64,000 nt of DNA from Podarcis filfolensis. Taxonomy: Eukaryota. Positions 57,331-64,000 of this stretch are shown in pieces (the stretch's first letter is position 1; every line of letters starts with the position of its first letter). Under the pieces are notes generated by a model, which made no database searches, was not told the DNA's origin, and saw only the letters and a program-made list of their open reading frames with translations. The stretch lies in the NCBI GenBank assembly GCA_964270895.1, contig OZ185447.1, one strand, 5' to 3'. Position numbers and translations under genes: made by a program.

Positions 57331-60300
57331 CCTAAGGGTGTGGAAGCAGTTTGTGGTTCTTCTTGGAATTAGCACGGTGTTTCCCCAGGCTAATGAAGAA
57401 ATTATTTTTTAATCAAGCAATCAGACCAACACAAGCGCTCCTTGAGTGCGTTTAAATTGTTTAATTAGCCGGTAGGCAGCCTTGCTTGCTCACTGTAGTC
57501 AGGCAGGTTGATTTAAGGAAAGCGATGACAGCCGGGATTTCCCAGACCAAAAGACAAAATTCACAGATTTCCTTTAAACATCCCTTCGCCCTGTTCCATG
57601 TGCAAAATGAAGACTTCACATGCACAAAGCAGGGTCTTTATTGCAGTTGCCCCCAAGATTTGGGAAGTTTTTAATGTCTGGTGTTTCATTGTGTTTTTAT
57701 ATTCTGTTGGAAGCCTGCCCAGAGTGGCTGGGGCAACCCAAATGGGCGGGGTATAAGTAATATATTTCTTAAGATGATTATGATTAACCTCCTGGAGTTG
57801 GGTGATGATATTGGCGCTAATCTGCTGTTGTTGGTCTGTGTGTTCTAATCATATTTTAATTTGACCATTTTATTCTTGTTACATCTGTTTAGTTTACTGT
57901 GTTATGGCTACTGCTATTAATTATAATTTTAATTTCTTACCCACCCTTCGTCCTCAGGTCTCTCGGGGGGTTAAAACACAACATTAACAGCAACATAAAG
58001 ACTTATTATTTAAAAAATACAACCACATAATATAGGGTGGGACCTGAAAATAGACACCTCACGTATCAAAGAGATGCAACTTCAGCATTTGCCCCAAACT
58101 GTATAAGAAGTTGCCAGATGGCTGCACCTCTGTGGGGAAGGAGTTCCACAACTTAGGGGCTGCCACAGAGAAGGCCCTCTCCAGGCCCACCAGCCTGAGC
58201 TTCTGAGGGTGGCAGAACCACCAAGAAGGTGGGCTTTTAGGTATGTGGGGACAGTCCAGGATTCACAGAAGCTGTCCCAGTTTCTGATTTTATCCTGGAA
58301 TGTCCGGCTTTTCCTTAGGACGTCCCTTCATCAGACTTCATCAGTCCCTTCATCAGTATTGCTTTTGTAGCTGCATCCTAGCTGAAGGGTGTGCATGCAT
58401 ACATCTTGGCTGATTATTAAAATCTAATTGCATATAATTAAGAACAACGAAGCATGGAAAGGCATATCAGCCCCTGCAAAGAAACCCCTTTTTGCATGTT
58501 CATATAAGGGTAGCCAACATAGTGACCTCCAGATGTTGAACTCCAACTTCCATCAGCCACAAGCTGCGTGGCTAATGGTCAGGAATGATGGGAGCTGTAG
58601 TCCACAAAATCTGGAGGGCTACCCGTTATGAATTCATGGAAATACCTGTCTGAGAGAGGGCAGATGACTCCAGAGAAACCTTGCACTGTATGTAACAGTA
58701 GAGAACAGACCCAAAGTTTATGGAATAGGAGAGCCCCAAGACTCAAACCGTGCAGAGACTACAATCCTGAAGTTCAGTAAAAAAGAGATGTACACCCAGG
58801 TGTGCCCATACGTCTTTATTACAAGCAAGTGAAAGAGGCACAAACCGGTGAATGAGATAACTCAGTTATGCTACATTCTTAATCGAGGGATGTCTCTCAT
58901 CCCTGGGGAACAGGAAGCAGACATCCATTCTGTTCCTTCTCAGGGTTTTCGCATCAACATCTTGAAAACAGCTTGATTGCTCAAGAATCTGTGAAGGCGT
59001 GTTTCAGCTGCTGTAGCTCTCCTGCTGTTCACAAGAGAGGTGTTTTCCTCTAGAAAGGGCTACCTACCTTACCCAGAATATTGAAAAGCCAATTTCTACC
59101 TCTCTGAGAGTAAGTGAGGCATTGACGGGCTCACAGCGCTGCCCTCTCCAACCCAGCTGGCTCTCGGTTCCCTGTTCTGGAACCAGTGACAAAACACAGG
59201 AGAACCAGGCTAACTCTGCAATTCCCAACATGGTGCCTGTGGGCACCACAACACTCTCAAACAACACCCTTGCTTCCAGCTCCCTGCCGCTCCCAGTTCT
59301 CAGTGATTTTATTTTTTCTTGGGATTTGGTTTGTTGGAAGTTGTTGGGTTTTTGCAGACCGTCGCCTGCTTTTGTGTTTTATTTGTTTACAGGTGTGTGC
59401 AGGTGTTCTGCCTTTTGTCTGGAGGGGGCATCATTATGAGGATTGCCGATTTTTCTTCTGTGAAATGGGCATTTTGTGGAACCCGAAACAGTTTCTTAGA
59501 TTTCCAAACATGCCCCCCTCCTCTAACTAGTAGGATTCACTGCCTTTCTCAGACTTGGGGAAGGAATCAAGAATGCCAGCCTTTCTCTTAAGAGCCTATT
59601 CTCTCAGAGGTTCCCTTTCCTCCTGGTCCTCGGGACAAAGCTGGAAGTAAAGAACAATGGTTCCTCACAAAGTTTTGTCCTCGCCTCAAGGGCAGAGTGA
59701 AGACTAAAGGCCCCTCTTCCCAACCAGAAACAATTATTATCTCTTTGGCAAGAGGAGGTGGGCACAGGGGTAGTTTTAACAGGTGCAGGGCATGTGGAAG
59801 ATTTGCTTGCCAGAAAGCAACAATTTGGCAGAGAATAAAATAACTAAAGAGAAAAATTCAGAGACTGGTGCTTGGGATTTTTCCCTCCTTAAAAGTGAAG
59901 GGTGAAAGAATGTTTAGAAGGCAGCAATTAAATGTAATTACCTTTGGAAAGCTGAAGATCAGTAGTTGAAACTCTTCCAAGCACCAATTATAACTAAAAA
60001 AACAACATATCATTTAAACCGGCATTTCAAACAAAAGAAATCACTGCAGTGATTACCAGTATGTCCTTAAAATATATGTAGTGAGTCCACAGTACATATT
60101 GGCCCAAATCCAGTTAACTAGGCTTCCCCACCTATCTGGGAGTATAGGATACTGAACTCAATGGGATTTACTTCTGAATGACATTTAGAGAATTGCCCTG
60201 GAAATTCTACTAAAATCAATGCTATGGATTAAGGGTTAAGTAGCTCATGCGTCCCATTGAATGTGCAGGCCAATCCTATTCATGTCTACTCAGACCGCAT

Positions 60301-62038
60301 TCGCGCAACACATTTCAAGCACTGTAATGGTGCTTTAAACAGTTGTGGGTTCCCCCAAAGGATTCTGGGAGCTGCTGTTTGTTACAGGCGCCAAAAGTTG
60401 TTAGGGAACCCCCTATTCCCCTCACAGAGATACAATTTCCAGAGATCCCTTGAAGAGGGTTTGATTGTTAAAGGAGGGGAATGGGCAGCATCCTAGCAAC
60501 TTTCAGGACGCTTAATGAACTACAGCTCCCAGCATTCTTTGGGGGAAGCCATGGCATCAGAGCATTTTAAGTGTGTGGTTTGAATGTGAGGTAAGCTCCA
60601 TTCAGTTCCAGAGACACATGCAGCTGAATAGCGTACATATTTATGTACGCAGCCTGATACGGCAGTGATTCACAATTAGCTAAGTACCGCAGACTTTCAA
60701 AAAGCAAAGCCACGGAACTCCTACTTTTGAAAATTTTGATATTTCCATAGTATTTTTTGTTATGTGAATGGTGCCACGGACCCCTTGGGTGGGTTTCGTG
60801 GACCCCCTGGGGTCTGCAGCCCACTAACAGGGAGCCACTGCTATACAGAAATTAGCTGCACCAAGCCCAAATGAAATCAATAAGCCCACCAAAATCTCCC
60901 CAGGATCAAGCTGTCTTTAACAACTAAATTTAATTTGACAGGAACCATTGGGTTGTATCCAATTATTAGTTATTCCCAGAGTAGACCCAAATAAATTAAT
61001 GGGCATGATTATGTCCATTAATTTCAGTGGGTTTATTCTGGGTTCTACGTTGGTAGAACTCAACGTAGGGAAAAATTAATCAACAATACTAGAACTATTT
61101 AAAATGTACTCTTGCTTCTCTCCTAACTGTATAAAATAGTATTATATGTGTGTCAACCAAATTAGACACAATGTATTAATCATTCTAAAGAGGTACACAC
61201 AGGTCCCACTATCCGAATACAATGCATTCTCAGGAAATCATTCGTTAGGTGAATATTTGCATAACGAGTCAACAATTTCCATTGATTCCAATGGGGAAAT
61301 TTCTAATGTGTTCCCAACCATGGAACTTAAGACTTCAAAATTACAAAAGAACAAAAAAAACAGGAAAACCCTCTGAAATCCTACAAAAGGCAAATATTTG
61401 TCTGATTTCTCCCCCTTTTTTTCTCCCCTGCCACTATGGTTTCTGGCAAAACAACCACGGACCAGCAAAACACAAAAAAAGTAAGATTCATTTAAGGCAA
61501 CTTTGTTCTACACACAGGTCTGGTGTTTGGCTATGTGAATCTGCAGTGTGTATGACGAGTTTGGGTACAAATTCCTCATTTTTGGATAAGTGAATTTTCG
61601 AATGAGTATTTGGATAGCGGGACCTATGTATTTTTACATTTACATTTTACATTTAGCTCTGAATGCCACAAACTACTGCAGCAGTTTTCCATTTTCCTCA
61701 GTGATTTCCCCCTAAGTTGATTAAAAATAAATAAATCAGAGGTTTTATATCTTGGAACAGGAATTAAATCCTACTTATAGATGAAGTGCTCTAGAAGGGC
61801 CATGAAGAAATCAGTGACAGTAAAATTGACAGCATTATTGGAGGGAAGAGTGCCTCCAAAGAGGAACATTTCCTCTTCTGCCTCTTGTACGCACATGTTA
61901 ATATTAGGGAGCATTTCTGAAGAAAATAGATTTTCCCTGAGGACAAACATACAAGAGGTTATGAGGAGAATATTTTTGTCTTCAACTTTCCACCCGTTTA
62001 AAATGTCCCTCACACAGGATTTTCCTTTTCCTCCACTA

Positions 62039-62280
62039 CATGGGTAGGCAAACTAAGGCCAGGGGGCTGGATCCGGCCCAATCGCCTTCTAAATCCGGCC
62101 CGCAGACGGTCCGGGAATCAGCATGTTTTTACATGAGTAGAATGTGTCCTTTTATTTAAAATGCATCTCTGGGTTATTTGTGGGGCATAGGAATTCGTTC
62201 TTCTTCTTTTTTCAAAATATAGTCCGGCCCCTGACAAGGTCTGAGGGACAGTGGACTGGCCCCCTGCTGAAAAAGTTTGC
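62039..62280. mobile_element. hAT MITE, right end truncated
   Basis: High identity to 35828-36164. Confidence 0.8.
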
Positions 62281-62562
62281 TCTACTACATGGGCCTGCTT
62301 TCTGCTGACCCTAATTTCCGTATTCACACCTGTGATTCAAAATGGCCACCCCACTTAAGAAACAGCTGCCCCACTCCCTCTGCCACACCATTCTCCAAAG
62401 CAGCATTATGATGCTACAGGATTCGCTCCCCACCTAAGTACCATTTTTGCCCGCCACCATTTCCTCAGAATTCCCTCTGCCCTATAAGCCTCTGCTATTC
62501 CCCTCAGCCTCATGCCAAATTAGTCACTCTCCATGTTCCACTGTGGAAGAACCATTCGCCGT

Positions 62563-63999
62563 TCAAGTCTCATCCCCTGCTGAAGGTACCAGCTTGTTCT
62601 TCATTGCTAATGTAGCTGCTTCTCCTGCAAGAGCAGCAGCTGAGGCCCCTCCCCTGAAATGCGCCTTTTGGTGCCGCGTGTACTGCAGGAGGTATCGGAA
62701 GTGCTTCCCGCATTCCTGGCACGCGTACGGCAATTCCCCGGTGTGGATACGCTGGTGCTGCACGAGAGCCGAGCTCTGGCAGAAAGCCTTCTCGCAGTGT
62801 GGGCATTGGTACGGCCTCTCGCCGGTGTGGATGCGCCGGTGTTGCGACAGCGCCGAGCTGTGCCCAAAACGGCGCCCGCAATCCTTGCAAGCATACGGCC
62901 TCTCGCCGGTGTGGACCCGCTGGTGCTCCAGCAGCTTGGAACTCTGGGAGAAGCCATGCCCACAGTCCTCGCATCGGTACGGCCTCTCGCCGGTGTGGAC
63001 CCTCTGGTGTTGCGCCAAGTGCGAGCTCTGCCGGAAGCTCTTCCCGCAGTCGCTGCAGATGTAGAGGGTTTGGTGGCGGAGCTGCGGGGCTGCCCCGTTT
63101 TGGTGGGTCTTTTGATGTAGCGCCAAATGTGCCCTCTGGCTAAAGGCACGCCCGCAATCCGGACACTGGAAGGGACGTTCACCCGTGTGGACTCTGCGGT
63201 GCTGCAAGAAGTGTGAACTGACGCCAAAGGTCTTCCCGCAGTCCTGACATTCGAAGGGCTTTTCTCCGGTGTGGACCCGCTGGTGGCGCAGCAGGGTGGA
63301 GCTGAGGCCAAAGGACTTGCCGCAGTCCATGCACTCGTAAGGTTTCTCCCCGGTGTGGGTGACGTGGTGCTGGATCAGAGTGGAGCTGAGCGAAAAGGAC
63401 TTGCCGCATTCCTTGCACCGGAAAGGGCGCTCGCCGGTGTGGGTCCGCTGGTGCTGGGTGAGGGAGGAGCTCTCGGAAAACGTCTTGCCGCAGGCGCGGC
63501 AGGCGAAGGGGCGCTCCCCGGTGTGCACCCGCCGGTGGTTCAGCAAGTTGGAGTTGCGGTTGAAGCACTTGCTGCAATCGGGGCATTTGTACGGTTTCTC
63601 TCCCGTGTGGATGATCTGGTGCTGGATGAGGGTGGAGCTGAGGGAAAAGGACTTTCCACAGGTGCCACAGTTGTAGGGTCTCTCCCCTGTGTGGACCCGC
63701 TGGTGCTGAATGAGGTTGGAGCTTCGGCCAAAGCACCTGCCGCAATCGGGGCATTTGTACGGCTTCTCGCCCGTGTGCGTCCGCTGGTGCTGGAGGAAGG
63801 TCGAGCCCCGGGTGAAGCATTTGCCGCAGGCGCCGCACTTGTAGGGCTTCTCTCCGCTGTGGATGCGGCGGTGCTGGCCCAAGATGGAACTGGTGCCAAA
63901 GCATTTCCCACATTCGGGGCACCTGTATGGTTTGTCAGGTGCAGAAGGGGAAACGGGCAAGGTGGCCGCGAGGGATGATTCGCAGTTGACGTCCCGTTG
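62563..63999 (-). CDS. C2H2 zinc-finger protein, last exon with 15 fingers, 5' part outside window
   Basis: Frame open from window end ([30 protein letters not shown]) to TGA at 62563; 10+5 fingers with TGEKP/TGERP linkers. Confidence 0.92.
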   Translation of the reverse strand, partial: QRDVNCESSLAATLPVSPSAPDKPYRCPECGKCFGTSSILGQHRRIHSGEKPYKCGACGKCFTRGSTFLQHQRTHTGEKPYKCPDCGRCFGRSSNLIQHQRVHTGERPYNCGTCGKSFSLSSTLIQHQIIHTGEKPYKCPDCSKCFNRNSNLLNHRRVHTGERPFACRACGKTFSESSSLTQHQRTHTGERPFRCKECGKSFSLSSTLIQHHVTHTGEKPYECMDCGKSFGLSSTLLRHQRVHTGEKPFECQDCGKTFGVSSHFLQHRRVHTGERPFQCPDCGRAFSQRAHLALHQKTHQNGAAPQLRHQTLYICSDCGKSFRQSSHLAQHQRVHTGERPYRCEDCGHGFSQSSKLLEHQRVHTGERPYACKDCGRRFGHSSALSQHRRIHTGERPYQCPHCEKAFCQSSALVQHQRIHTGELPYACQECGKHFRYLLQYTRHQKAHFRGGASAAALAGEAATLAMKNKLVPSAGDET

Positions 64000-64000
64000 A

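Noticed and set aside
58325-58357. Triple CTGATGAAG on the minus strand (hammerhead or C-box-like)
   Set aside because: Local slippage at the edge of a common repeat; no correctly placed GAAA/stem III or D box

Overview
Vertebrate genomic DNA, most likely a lacertid lizard. This is inferred from full-length Sauria SINEs plus squamate-type L2, L1, CR1, BovB, Penelope, hAT and Tigger/pogo elements. Five protein-coding genes lie on the minus strand, reconstructed by hand from GT/AG sites and reading-frame phase. (1) A TRIM69/A33-like RING-coiled-coil-PRY/SPRY E3 ligase with 6 exons, running off the left edge. (2) A complete MAPK7/ERK5 (6 coding exons, 2727 bp, 908 aa). (3) A 15-finger C2H2 gene with an acidic N-terminus. 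(4) A ZNF629 orthologue (2 coding exons, 1122 aa). (5) The last exon of another 15-finger C2H2 gene, open to the right edge. No CRISPR array or bona fide tRNA/rRNA gene is supported. Best leads: a minimal type I hammerhead ribozyme in a Penelope fragment just upstream of the ZNF629 CpG promoter; a 75-bp-period amplification of non-canonical Asp(-1) zinc fingers in ZNF629; MAPK7 linked to a ZNF629 cluster (different chromosomes in human); a Gly7-Ser10 microsatellite inside the TRIM RING; and several nested transposon insertions with readable target-site duplications. Orthology statements rest on recalled sequences and need BLAST confirmation.
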